Notes under the pieces: model-generated
The model's input: the letters and a program-made list of their open reading frames with translations, nothing else
The model's database searches: none
Told to the model about the DNA's origin: nothing
Translations under genes and position numbers: made by a program
In this document: positions 48,781 through 57,951 of the stretch, piece by piece
How positions within the stretch are numbered: the stretch's first letter is position 1
Layout of the letters: every line of letters starts with the position of its first letter
Source: a virus
Length of the DNA stretch: 64,000 nucleotides
Direction: 5' to 3' (one strand)
IMG/VR virus record: IMGVR_UViG_3300037277_000110
Location: 1 to 64,000 of that record

Positions 48781-48863
48781 GGAAAGCAAAACCGGAAGGC
48801 CCGGTAACTTCCTGCTAAGAATGTTGATCCGAAAGGGTTTGGGTTCGATTCCTATACTTTCCG
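48781..48863 (+). tRNA. tRNA-Ser(GCT)
   Basis: GGAAAG/CTTTCC-G; loop CTGCTAA; long variable arm GATCC-GAAA-GGGTT. Confidence 0.8.
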
Positions 48864-50423
48864 CTAATGTGGATAATTAGGCCAAGTCTCAATATATTTC
48901 CTTAACATATTAGCATCCATTGATTTTACCCGGTTTATTTCTGATATATTAATTAATTCATTGCCATTTTTATGTTTACTATCTATACCGATAAAATGAT
49001 CTAAATGATAAAGAAATCCTGATACATATCCCCATTTTAATCCTAAAGTTCGAATCCGATAAAATCTTTCTGCATCTTCAGGAGCATGAGAAATAAAACC
49101 TTCATTTTCTCCACCTATTGATAAATATTCTTTTTTATTAAATATTACTGCTCCTCCATGACTTTTTTTACCATTAAATGACATATTGTGAAAAATTCCA
49201 AAAAAACTATTAAACAATAAAATATCTTGGTTTAGTTGTTCATAAAAACATCGACTCATGTGAATAAACGTTCCATCATAAGGATAAACAACTGCATAAC
49301 CTTCCCTAATCATTTTAACAGCTTCAAATATCTGATCAGGATTAACAAACACATCTGCATCCCAATTGATAACTATTGGAGTTTGTGTTAAAACGGTAAT
49401 ATTATTTAACATCCTTGTTCGATGGAAATTAGGATACCCAAACCAGATATATTCATCCGAATCTACATCTGAAAAATCATGAGTTCCTTGCTCACCTACT
49501 ATTATATTGGTATTAAAATTAGCCCTGATAAACTTGATTGTTAATTCTAAATTTTCAACCCGATCCTGACTATCGTTTTTAACCGGTATAATAAATGTAA
49601 CATCCTTTAAATCCCTTTTACCTTTAAAATAAAGACTCTTTTGGTAAATTGATCTACTTTCCCACCTACCTGGGTAAAAGTCTTTACCAGTACACGTTTT
49701 AGCTAGTGGGCCGGCAAATAAACATTCGGGTCTGATCACTTTTACATCCTTATTGTAAATTTCAGCTATTTTAGCAGCCCACCAAGAGAATGTCGAATTG
49801 GCTATGATTAAATTATTAAACTGACTCATTAAAGCCAAGTGTTCAATATCTGAACAGCCTTCTACATATTCTACATTGTCATGATTTCCAAGCATTTTTT
49901 TAGCAATAGTATAATCATCAGTAAATACATAGAAAGTTTTCGTTTTATCCTTAAAAAATTCAATGTAATAACTCGGTTGTATCTGTACATAATTTTTGTT
50001 CCCAACATAATCACCTAATCGTAAATGGACGGCCCAATCATTTTTACCCGGTATAAAGTCTGTCCGTTCAAATATAGAGTCTAAAAATCCCTGTTTAAAT
50101 TTAAATTCGTTTTTAATTTCATCCCAAACATCTTCAAAATATTTTTCAGATTGCCAATAGCCTCTAATATCTGTATTAAGTGTAAAGTAATTTTGTATTG
50201 GCTGTAGAAACATAGGATGAAAATCAAAATTAAGTTCTCTTATCTCATCATTAATCTTTATGTCTGTATCTACATTCCAACTCATTTGGAAATATTTTAA
50301 ATAATCCCATAATGGTAATGCCCATTGAGTATTATTTCGCTTTGATAACGACTTAATAAAAGCAATCTCAAACAAGTTATTACCTAATCTCCCGTATGGG
50401 AATTGTTTCATAAGTAAAGTCAT
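48864..50423 (-). CDS. Fusion: GT11 alpha-1,2-fucosyltransferase plus GT2/GT7-like glycosyltransferase
   Basis: GRLGN, GYWQSEKYF, VHLRLGDY, IANSTFSWW; then TFIIPV, WDADV, GGENEGF..PED. Confidence 0.88.
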   Translation of the reverse strand: MTLLMKQFPYGRLGNNLFEIAFIKSLSKRNNTQWALPLWDYLKYFQMSWNVDTDIKINDEIRELNFDFHPMFLQPIQNYFTLNTDIRGYWQSEKYFEDVWDEIKNEFKFKQGFLDSIFERTDFIPGKNDWAVHLRLGDYVGNKNYVQIQPSYYIEFFKDKTKTFYVFTDDYTIAKKMLGNHDNVEYVEGCSDIEHLALMSQFNNLIIANSTFSWWAAKIAEIYNKDVKVIRPECLFAGPLAKTCTGKDFYPGRWESRSIYQKSLYFKGKRDLKDVTFIIPVKNDSQDRVENLELTIKFIRANFNTNIIVGEQGTHDFSDVDSDEYIWFGYPNFHRTRMLNNITVLTQTPIVINWDADVFVNPDQIFEAVKMIREGYAVVYPYDGTFIHMSRCFYEQLNQDILLFNSFFGIFHNMSFNGKKSHGGAVIFNKKEYLSIGGENEGFISHAPEDAERFYRIRTLGLKWGYVSGFLYHLDHFIGIDSKHKNGNELINISEINRVKSMDANMLRKYIETWPNYPH

Positions 50424-51100
50424 CGGATTACATCTTTTTTAGTGATAGCTATTATTTTAGGCTTCATTTGTTCTATTCCGTAAGTCACCCGTTCTGGCAT
50501 AGTTTCAGGCATACAGTATTCAGGAGTTAAGATCACATCCGGCGGATTTAATGCATAATACCTTTGAATATAAGATTCATCATGAAATATAGGTGTGTGT
50601 CCATACTTTTGATCGGTATCTATCCACAGTGTTATTTGGCCAGCCATTTTAAGATAATCCGATCCACCGTTAAACCCACCAGCGAAGTAATACTGGATCT
50701 TATTTATCGACACAAAAGACTGAGCTAAAAACTTTTTATCAAGTATAAAACCTAGTTTTGGACGATTAAAAAACCCAGGGTGTCTTGTGGCTACTAATTT
50801 ACCTAATATTTCATCACCTACAGTATCAACTATTAACGAGTCACTATCAAGATAATAATAATAATCACATTCTCCTTCAAATCCATTGGTTATGATGTGG
50901 TAACGATATAAAGTAGGGAAAGGCCAAGGTTTATGTTCCTGATAAATTTTAGTTACACCATCAATTTTTTTATCCGAATCCGTAAATAGATAAATAGTCT
51001 TTTCGTGATTGGTCAGGAAATATTTATTTATCCCTTTGACGAGTTCGGGAATAAAATCAACATATTTATTGGTAGCTATTAGAAATATGGCTATTTTCAT
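50420..51100 (-). CDS. GT6 (ABO-type) alpha-1,3 glycosyltransferase
   Basis: IATNKY, YLFTD, WPFPTL.RY, DSD, YFAGGFNGG, HDESY. Confidence 0.88.
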   Translation of the reverse strand: MKIAIFLIATNKYVDFIPELVKGINKYFLTNHEKTIYLFTDSDKKIDGVTKIYQEHKPWPFPTLYRYHIITNGFEGECDYYYYLDSDSLIVDTVGDEILGKLVATRHPGFFNRPKLGFILDKKFLAQSFVSINKIQYYFAGGFNGGSDYLKMAGQITLWIDTDQKYGHTPIFHDESYIQRYYALNPPDVILTPEYCMPETMPERVTYGIEQMKPKIIAITKKDVIR

Positions 51101-51849
51101 AATTTAGTATGTAAATCAAACCAGCTACCTTGATCTAAAGATTCGCCACAACAATTCGGTTTCCCGTAGAAATAGTGAATATACTGAAGTAATATCTCGT
51201 CAACTCCTACCCATTTATCTGGAAGTTCTTTGCCAAATAAACCTGAACAATATCCATCGAATTTATAATCAACGTATTCACCTTCGAGAGCTGGATTCGA
51301 ACATTTAGTCAAATGATTCTTTCCCTGGTCCACTATTTGGAATTTAGTATAACCTATTTCTAAAAAAGCATGAATTACATCCAGTGGGTTTGCAGTACCA
51401 TCAACTAAGTTATTAGGAGTAAGCAATTCAGCACTCATATATTGTGGTAGCTTCATACTTTTAAACTGACGTATACACATTGCATCTTGACCTTCCACAT
51501 CTATCTTGACGTAATATACATCCTGCCCGAACATACAATAATGGGTATACATTGAACATCCGTCAACCAATATTTCTTCGATTTCATCCGGATATTTACT
51601 ATTCCAATTTGGGTTAACTGAAGCCCAATCAGTATGAATTTTATGTATCCATAAAGATAATTCATTTTCGTCAGAGACAGCATACTCTCTTAAAATGAGT
51701 TGACCCGAATCAAGATAAGACCCTAGCCTTTTTATAATTTCATGGCAACTATGTGGATTCGGCTCAATAGCTATGACCTGAAATCCCTTTTTTAGATAAA
51801 ATTCGGTATCCGATCCGTTATGTGCCCCAATGTCGTATATTAGTTTCAT
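51097..51849 (-). CDS. FkbM-family methyltransferase
   Basis: YDIGAHNG, IEPNP, VKIDVEG. Confidence 0.9.
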   Translation of the reverse strand: MKLIYDIGAHNGSDTEFYLKKGFQVIAIEPNPHSCHEIIKRLGSYLDSGQLILREYAVSDENELSLWIHKIHTDWASVNPNWNSKYPDEIEEILVDGCSMYTHYCMFGQDVYYVKIDVEGQDAMCIRQFKSMKLPQYMSAELLTPNNLVDGTANPLDVIHAFLEIGYTKFQIVDQGKNHLTKCSNPALEGEYVDYKFDGYCSGLFGKELPDKWVGVDEILLQYIHYFYGKPNCCGESLDQGSWFDLHTKL

Positions 51850-51991
51850 GCTCGTGATATTTTACTTAAAGTATTATTCAACTTGTCGATAGCTTCTTTT
51901 TCCGAATCCCCTAATTCAAAATAATCATACCCTTTAAAAGTTATACAAGCAGTCCATTTATTTTGATGTTTTAAAAATTGTGTTTTCATAC

Positions 51992-52255
51992 TTAAATTTT
52001 TACATATCCTTCTTCAAATTCAATAGCAGGAGACCATGATTGATATCCACCTTTATAAACAACATAATATCCACCTTCCTTTGGTTTATGTTTATTTACA
52101 TATTCAGGATCAACTGTGAATGAGTTATAATTTTCATCTTCTGGGAAAATTGTTGCATCTCCTAAGTCTGGATGAAAAACTATTGATTTAATCTTCAATG
52201 CCCATACTTCTTTATGGCATTTATACTTTGGCATTTCTCTACCAGTTGTTATCAT
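51992..52255 (-). CDS. Small conserved phage protein (GYYVVYxxGYxSWSP family)
   Basis: YKCHKEVWALKI...GGYYVVYKGGYQSWSP..FEEGY. Confidence 0.7.
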   Translation of the reverse strand: MITTGREMPKYKCHKEVWALKIKSIVFHPDLGDATIFPEDENYNSFTVDPEYVNKHKPKEGGYYVVYKGGYQSWSPAIEFEEGYVKI

Positions 52256-52273
52256 ATTTTTTAGTTTTTAAAA

Positions 52274-52969
52274 TTATCGCATACGTTTTAAGAGCATTTG
52301 GTACTGATCTTCAATAATATCGAAGCCATTAGCCAGAAATACCCCGATTGAATACTTAGCTTTCCCAAAGCAGCTTTTTTCTCCATATTCAACTATCGGA
52401 ACCGGGCATCTAACGTCATCAATAAGAACATATCCGCCTACCTTTACAAGGTTATTCCGAATAATTACTTCAGCATCCCGTTTGTGCAACATGGCTGATT
52501 CTTCCAAAGGAGTTACATCACCTACATCCATATAAATTAAGTCAGCAGGTTCTTCCATGTTTTGAAGGAATATTGCACTGTCAGATACATGATACATAAC
52601 ATTTTGGAATTCCTTAGTTATTGTCCTGCATACTTCGATATGATTTGAATTTATATCAACCGTGTGAATAAATGAATTTGGAAGTATTTCGGCAAATACA
52701 CGAGTAAAACAACCTGCTCCCCAATCCCATGATTCTGGATTGTCAAGTTTCCAATATTTTTTATCATAACTCATACAACCTTCAAGTCCGCCATTAACGT
52801 ATGACCGGGTTGTGCCAAGTTCAATAATAATCGGATGAGACGTATATAAATCCAGTATGATTTCATTAATAACTTTTATAAAAGTATGCGCTCGTGACAA
52901 TCTTTTTCGTATATCATGACTATAATCATACTGACAACCTTTGTCTAAGAATTCAAAATATTTATCCAT
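52274..52969 (-). CDS. Class I SAM-dependent methyltransferase
   Basis: IIELGT, TVDI, DLIYMD, GGYVLIDD. Confidence 0.8.
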   Translation of the reverse strand: MDKYFEFLDKGCQYDYSHDIRKRLSRAHTFIKVINEIILDLYTSHPIIIELGTTRSYVNGGLEGCMSYDKKYWKLDNPESWDWGAGCFTRVFAEILPNSFIHTVDINSNHIEVCRTITKEFQNVMYHVSDSAIFLQNMEEPADLIYMDVGDVTPLEESAMLHKRDAEVIIRNNLVKVGGYVLIDDVRCPVPIVEYGEKSCFGKAKYSIGVFLANGFDIIEDQYQMLLKRMR

Positions 52970-54009
52970 TTTTGTTGGTTTTGATTAAATAATTCTTCTG
53001 CTTGTTGGTATACTTCATCGGTGTTTATATCAATTGAATGTAGTTCTTCGAATGAACTAAAATACTTGATAAATTTACTATTTTTTTCTCTATAAAATTC
53101 GCATAATCCTAAATTATCTTCACAATAACTCATGTTCTGAAACCAGTAATCTTTCTTTTTTAAAAGATTATGCATGAATTCTTTAGAAGGGACATAGTAA
53201 GCCACTCCGCAAGATAATGCATCCCAAAGAGCTATTGAATTCCATGTGTAAGGAAGGTGAATTACTGCCTTAAAATGAGCTAAAGCATCTTTATCTTTAT
53301 ACCTACCCGTTTTAACGTCTATACCTTTATTTAAGCATAAGTCTCGTAGATGACATATAGCGTCATTAGTGTATGTCGGGACATAGTACCCAGATTTATT
53401 ATTTATAATATTTCCTTTAATCATAGACCAACGTCTTTTAGTATATTCCCCTGCCATATGCCCTTCTTCATCAAACAACATGAAATTTACTTTTTCTCCA
53501 TCATAAGACGATTCGGTTGGGTTAGTAAAATCTACCATACTATAATATGGTTTACTCACCGGATTTATTATAGTATGAACAACCGTTCCTTTGCCCATTG
53601 CATATACTGATTCAAAAATGTTATTAGCTACAATCCAAACGTTTTTTTCAGTCGCGGACCATTTCATGAGTTCATAATATTCTTTATCGGGAAACGGATT
53701 TAGGATATCTAAAGAATCGCCATAGTCAAACCGATTACAGATATAAACTATAATTTTACCTTTAAATCCATTTTGTAAAAATATCCGGGATAAAGGAGCT
53801 GTATCGGAAGTAATGATCACATCAAAAGTGTTGTAAAAATCCTTGTGTTCTTCCCATGCTTCAGTGGCCCGATCCTTGGTCATATTGTAAAAATAACCAT
53901 CTTCTCCTGAAGTGACTATTTTAGTTGTTAATTCGATGTTAGGTAGATCTAGTACACTTTGGATGGCATTACTACACCCAATATGGAACGTTAAATGAAG
54001 TATTTTCAT
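52945..54009 (-). CDS. Putative glycosyltransferase (GT-B-like)
   Basis: MKILHL, IHLPY..SIALWDALSCG; island context. Confidence 0.55.
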   Translation of the reverse strand: MKILHLTFHIGCSNAIQSVLDLPNIELTTKIVTSGEDGYFYNMTKDRATEAWEEHKDFYNTFDVIITSDTAPLSRIFLQNGFKGKIIVYICNRFDYGDSLDILNPFPDKEYYELMKWSATEKNVWIVANNIFESVYAMGKGTVVHTIINPVSKPYYSMVDFTNPTESSYDGEKVNFMLFDEEGHMAGEYTKRRWSMIKGNIINNKSGYYVPTYTNDAICHLRDLCLNKGIDVKTGRYKDKDALAHFKAVIHLPYTWNSIALWDALSCGVAYYVPSKEFMHNLLKKKDYWFQNMSYCEDNLGLCEFYREKNSKFIKYFSSFEELHSIDINTDEVYQQAEELFNQNQQKWINILNS

Positions 54010-54181
54010 ATTATTTTACCACTTGCCTGAAGAATAATAGCAGATAAACAAGTTAATAATATGGAAATCCACCATTCTTTAGTAAACATTAGTAATTTAC
54101 TATTTTTATCACGCTTGAAATCAATAGCACATCTCATTACAAATATACCTATTATTGTTAATACAAATTGAATTAATATTC

Positions 54182-55072
54182 TCATATCATTTTCATTATT
54201 GCGTTTATATTATTGATATATGTATGTTTCTCACAAACAAAATTAAATAACCACTTCTTCCGTTCTACTTCTTCCTTCCGATCTTCAGCCTCATAATAAA
54301 GCATATAAGCGTCTGGATTGTATATCACATTATGATCAAAAAACTCATAAGCCAAAGAATTTGTAGTTAATCCATCCAATCCATAAGATATAGCCTTAAA
54401 TAATCTACAAGGGAGCATTTGATTGCCCATTTGATTTGGGCCTTGGATAGCCGGAGCCATATATCCGTTCCGTAAATACATGGCCTCATCTTCAATACTA
54501 ATCCAACCCTTTAAATGATTCAAACCATCACCTCTACTTCCTGGGCTATAACCTCCACCTGCATATACTGGATGCCCATTTTCCAAACAAGCCCTCTGGA
54601 ATTCAAGTAATGGTTGGTAATTACCGTTTTCTTCAGGATTATTTACAGTTCCTAAGTAATAAACTAGTGAATTACGAAGTTTAGTTACATCGTTGATATT
54701 AAACTCGTGTGGAAGTAATGGTGATCCCCAAGGGAAGAAGAGACAATCATCCTGTACGGCAATTCCATGAGCCACATGTTCCATTTTTAAACAACCCCTC
54801 TGATAGTATTGGATATTTATGTGTCTACCGATTCCTTCAAGTTTAGGACAGTTATGAAGGATATAAGTACAATCTTTTCGTAAAGGCATATTTTTGCAAA
54901 CTTGGCCTTCAGTAAGTATTATACTGTCACTAAAATTAACACTACTTATATCATCATTATCGTCCAACCAATATGTTTCAAATCCTAAAAACTCAAACGC
55001 TCTATAAAATCCGTAGTGGATAAAACTATGAGAATGAGAATATAACTTATGTCCGTAAATGAAAACTTTCAT
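54182..55072 (-). CDS. Putative glycosyltransferase (GT-B-like)
   Basis: PCRLFKAISYG, V.EKHTYIN. Confidence 0.6.
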   Translation of the reverse strand: MKVFIYGHKLYSHSHSFIHYGFYRAFEFLGFETYWLDDNDDISSVNFSDSIILTEGQVCKNMPLRKDCTYILHNCPKLEGIGRHINIQYYQRGCLKMEHVAHGIAVQDDCLFFPWGSPLLPHEFNINDVTKLRNSLVYYLGTVNNPEENGNYQPLLEFQRACLENGHPVYAGGGYSPGSRGDGLNHLKGWISIEDEAMYLRNGYMAPAIQGPNQMGNQMLPCRLFKAISYGLDGLTTNSLAYEFFDHNVIYNPDAYMLYYEAEDRKEEVERKKWLFNFVCEKHTYINNINAIMKMI

Positions 55073-55734
55073 TTGAGTCCTTTTTGTGCAAGTTTCTTAT
55101 AATACTCTGTATTTTGATGTAGTTCACTCAACATAGAATCTGACCTTTCGGTATGCCTATAAATAACTTCATCTATGTATTTAAACTTAGCTCCAATCTT
55201 AAATAGCTTACATATTAAATTGTAATCTTCGTAATGTGAACCACTTAATACAGTATAACAACCTGCTTTTTCTACTGTTGACTTTCTGAAAAGAGAAGTA
55301 CACCAAACTTGGTTATCCCTTAACAATCCTTTCCTTGTAACAGAATAAGATCCCGGTGGGCGATGAATAACACCATCATTTTTAGCAGTAAGATTACCAA
55401 ATACTACATCATTATCTCCCATTGCATTCATCATTTTACCCAATACATCATGATATAGCCAATCGTCAACATCGAGTGGTAAAATATAATCGTATTTAGC
55501 TAATTCTATTCCATGATTCCGTGTTGCAGCTAATCCAATATTTTCTTTTTGAACAATATATTGATTAACCATTGCAAAAATAAGTTTGAATGTTTCTACA
55601 TCCGGTAATTTTGTAGATCCATCATCAATTACAATAATTTCTATCGGAAAATCCTGAAGTAAACAACTAGCCAAAGCCTTTGGAAGATATTGACTATCAT
55701 TAAAAAATGGGATGATTATTGATACTCCGTTCAT
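55069..55734 (-). CDS. GT2 glycosyltransferase
   Basis: VSIIIPFFN, IVIDDGS, RNHG, LDVDD, EDY. Confidence 0.92.
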   Translation of the reverse strand: MNGVSIIIPFFNDSQYLPKALASCLLQDFPIEIIVIDDGSTKLPDVETFKLIFAMVNQYIVQKENIGLAATRNHGIELAKYDYILPLDVDDWLYHDVLGKMMNAMGDNDVVFGNLTAKNDGVIHRPPGSYSVTRKGLLRDNQVWCTSLFRKSTVEKAGCYTVLSGSHYEDYNLICKLFKIGAKFKYIDEVIYRHTERSDSMLSELHQNTEYYKKLAQKGLK

Positions 55735-56363
55735 ATTTTATGGTGTTTATTTGAAGTAAAAAGTGCATTTGCTTGCCATTTACCCAACTCATCACAGCCG
55801 TTCGGTTCAATAAATACCTGTTCAAATCCATGACTTGTTAATAAGTTGTTAATATCATCGTATTTTGATGTTCCTTTACGGAATTCCTGGTAATTAATCT
55901 CTGTGTAGATATATTTTATTTTGTCTAATGGAGAGTGTTGAAGAATGTAATACTCAAATCCCTCTACGTCTAACCACAAAAAGTCAATTGAAAGAATCAT
56001 AAATTCATTCATAAATGTATCCATTCGTATTGTTCCGACTATAGTTTCTTTTTCTTCACCTACATACTGTTTAAAAAAATCACTGGCCGGAAGTAAAGAA
56101 CTAGCACCACCATCACCATTTTCCTCAAGATAGAAATTAGCCTCACCATTTTTATCCGATAAAGCATACGGGATTACAGTGATATTTTCAACATCCTTAA
56201 CCAAATTTCGAAGTTTTAAGAATAGATCATCAGTAGGTTCAAAGGTGTATATCTTAGCTTCAGGAAACATTTTATGGAGTTGGATAGTATCTTCTCCAAG
56301 ATGTCCCCCGGCTTCAACTATAGTGCTTAAATTAAGCTTTTTTAGCTCTTCGTAGATTCTCAT
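55731..56363 (-). CDS. FkbM-family methyltransferase
   Basis: VEAGGHLG, FEP, WLDVEG.E. Confidence 0.88.
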   Translation of the reverse strand: MRIYEELKKLNLSTIVEAGGHLGEDTIQLHKMFPEAKIYTFEPTDDLFLKLRNLVKDVENITVIPYALSDKNGEANFYLEENGDGGASSLLPASDFFKQYVGEEKETIVGTIRMDTFMNEFMILSIDFLWLDVEGFEYYILQHSPLDKIKYIYTEINYQEFRKGTSKYDDINNLLTSHGFEQVFIEPNGCDELGKWQANALFTSNKHHKI

Positions 56364-57124
56364 AGTTGTAAAAGTTTTTTAATGAAATCCTGTTTTTTAT
56401 TGTGATATTCTTGAGGTTTATTATCCCAATTACTACCTCCACGGTAATGTAACCAACAATCCTCGAATATTTCCATTCCTAGATCTAATGTATAAAATGG
56501 CTGGGCATGTTCCGGAAATAAGGATATAAATTCATTAACTATAATACTGGTATTGGTTATTTTTCTCCATCGACAAGATGGGTTGTTCTGAAGGTAATAA
56601 TACGTAAAACCTCCAACATCCAAAGGGGCCTTCCAAATCATACCCGGTCCAACATCAAAATTTCGAATATTTGGCATCGTATCATTATCAAATATCATGA
56701 AGCAATTCCAAATGTATTCGATAATCTTATATCCACCATCCCTTGATTGTGCAATACCCGCCAAATCATATCCTTGTATAAACTCATTAAAACTAAAGTC
56801 TTTGAAAAGAATAAGATCAGAATCGACTATTACCGAAATGCAATTTGAATCCTTGGATATTATTTCATCTATACACCATTGTAAAGGAACAGCACAAGAA
56901 AAACAAGCATGAGAAAAGTCTTTTTTTCCTGCGTCAATGCTTTTAATATTTAAATGCTCACATTGGTACTCTATATTTATGTAAAGTGCTTCAGAACTGG
57001 CATTATTAACAACTATAAACTCAAAGTCATCCTTAATGAACTTATGAAAAGAATAGTTTTGCCATTCAATAAACTGAGGTGATTTGTCGGCAAACGTGTA
57101 TATTTTTACTGGTTTAAAGCTCAT
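56360..57124 (-). CDS. Putative GT-A glycosyltransferase
   Basis: VDSD (DxD), LDVGG, HYRGGSNW. Confidence 0.6.
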   Translation of the reverse strand: MSFKPVKIYTFADKSPQFIEWQNYSFHKFIKDDFEFIVVNNASSEALYINIEYQCEHLNIKSIDAGKKDFSHACFSCAVPLQWCIDEIISKDSNCISVIVDSDLILFKDFSFNEFIQGYDLAGIAQSRDGGYKIIEYIWNCFMIFDNDTMPNIRNFDVGPGMIWKAPLDVGGFTYYYLQNNPSCRWRKITNTSIIVNEFISLFPEHAQPFYTLDLGMEIFEDCWLHYRGGSNWDNKPQEYHNKKQDFIKKLLQL

Positions 57125-57947
57125 ATTTAGATTTGTTAGGGAACCGGTTCATAATCCATTCTTTCAAGTATTGTTTACCAGATAAGTCCGTAGCCATCAA
57201 ATTAAGTCCCATGTCATTGTAGTTTACCCAAGTTTTATTTTGTACGGCCTTTTCTATTTCTTCAAGGGAATTTGACATGTATGAGGCTACTTTACCATGA
57301 TCAAAGTAAAAACCGGCTTTGTAATCCTTTATCCTTAATACATCAGGATTAGCTTCTTCAGTAAAATAATTAAAATACATGGTAGCTAAAGCGTATGGAA
57401 CACTTAAATTCCCAAAAGGAAATTGAGTAAATAAATAAACTAACTTAACACTACTATAAATACGTGGTAAATGAGTTTCAAAATTATACAATCGTTCAGT
57501 TATCACATACTTTTCATGGAGTATATCTATTGAAGTATTTATAGTTCGACCATGCTTATCAAAATTACGAACTTGATAAAAACTACCATCTTCAATTTCT
57601 AATGGTATATTAGGAATACTTCTAACATTTAATTCCTTTAAAAGCAAAACATCATCATACATATAAACAAAATATCCTTGATTATCTGAAGCAAAAGTTT
57701 TTACTTTATTCAATGTATCAAAGAAATTCTCGTAATCCAATTTACCGTTATTCTTTTTATTCAACCATTCCGGGTAATACCGTTCTGCCGGATGTACCAT
57801 TACATTAGTTAACCATTCTGGAACCACATTGCCATAAATATGTATTTCATAGTCCCCTTTGAGATTTTCATCAAGGGATCGTAGACAATAACGAAGTTCA
57901 TTGTTATCCCAATTACTACCAGTGCCAAGCGGTATGAGTATCTTCAT
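57114..57947 (-). CDS. Stealth-like/GT-A sugar(-phospho)transferase
   Basis: ELRYCLRSL, P.WL, YMYDD, ETHLP. Confidence 0.6.
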   Translation of the reverse strand: MKILIPLGTGSNWDNNELRYCLRSLDENLKGDYEIHIYGNVVPEWLTNVMVHPAERYYPEWLNKKNNGKLDYENFFDTLNKVKTFASDNQGYFVYMYDDVLLLKELNVRSIPNIPLEIEDGSFYQVRNFDKHGRTINTSIDILHEKYVITERLYNFETHLPRIYSSVKLVYLFTQFPFGNLSVPYALATMYFNYFTEEANPDVLRIKDYKAGFYFDHGKVASYMSNSLEEIEKAVQNKTWVNYNDMGLNLMATDLSGKQYLKEWIMNRFPNKSKYEL

Positions 57948-57951
57948 TTGA

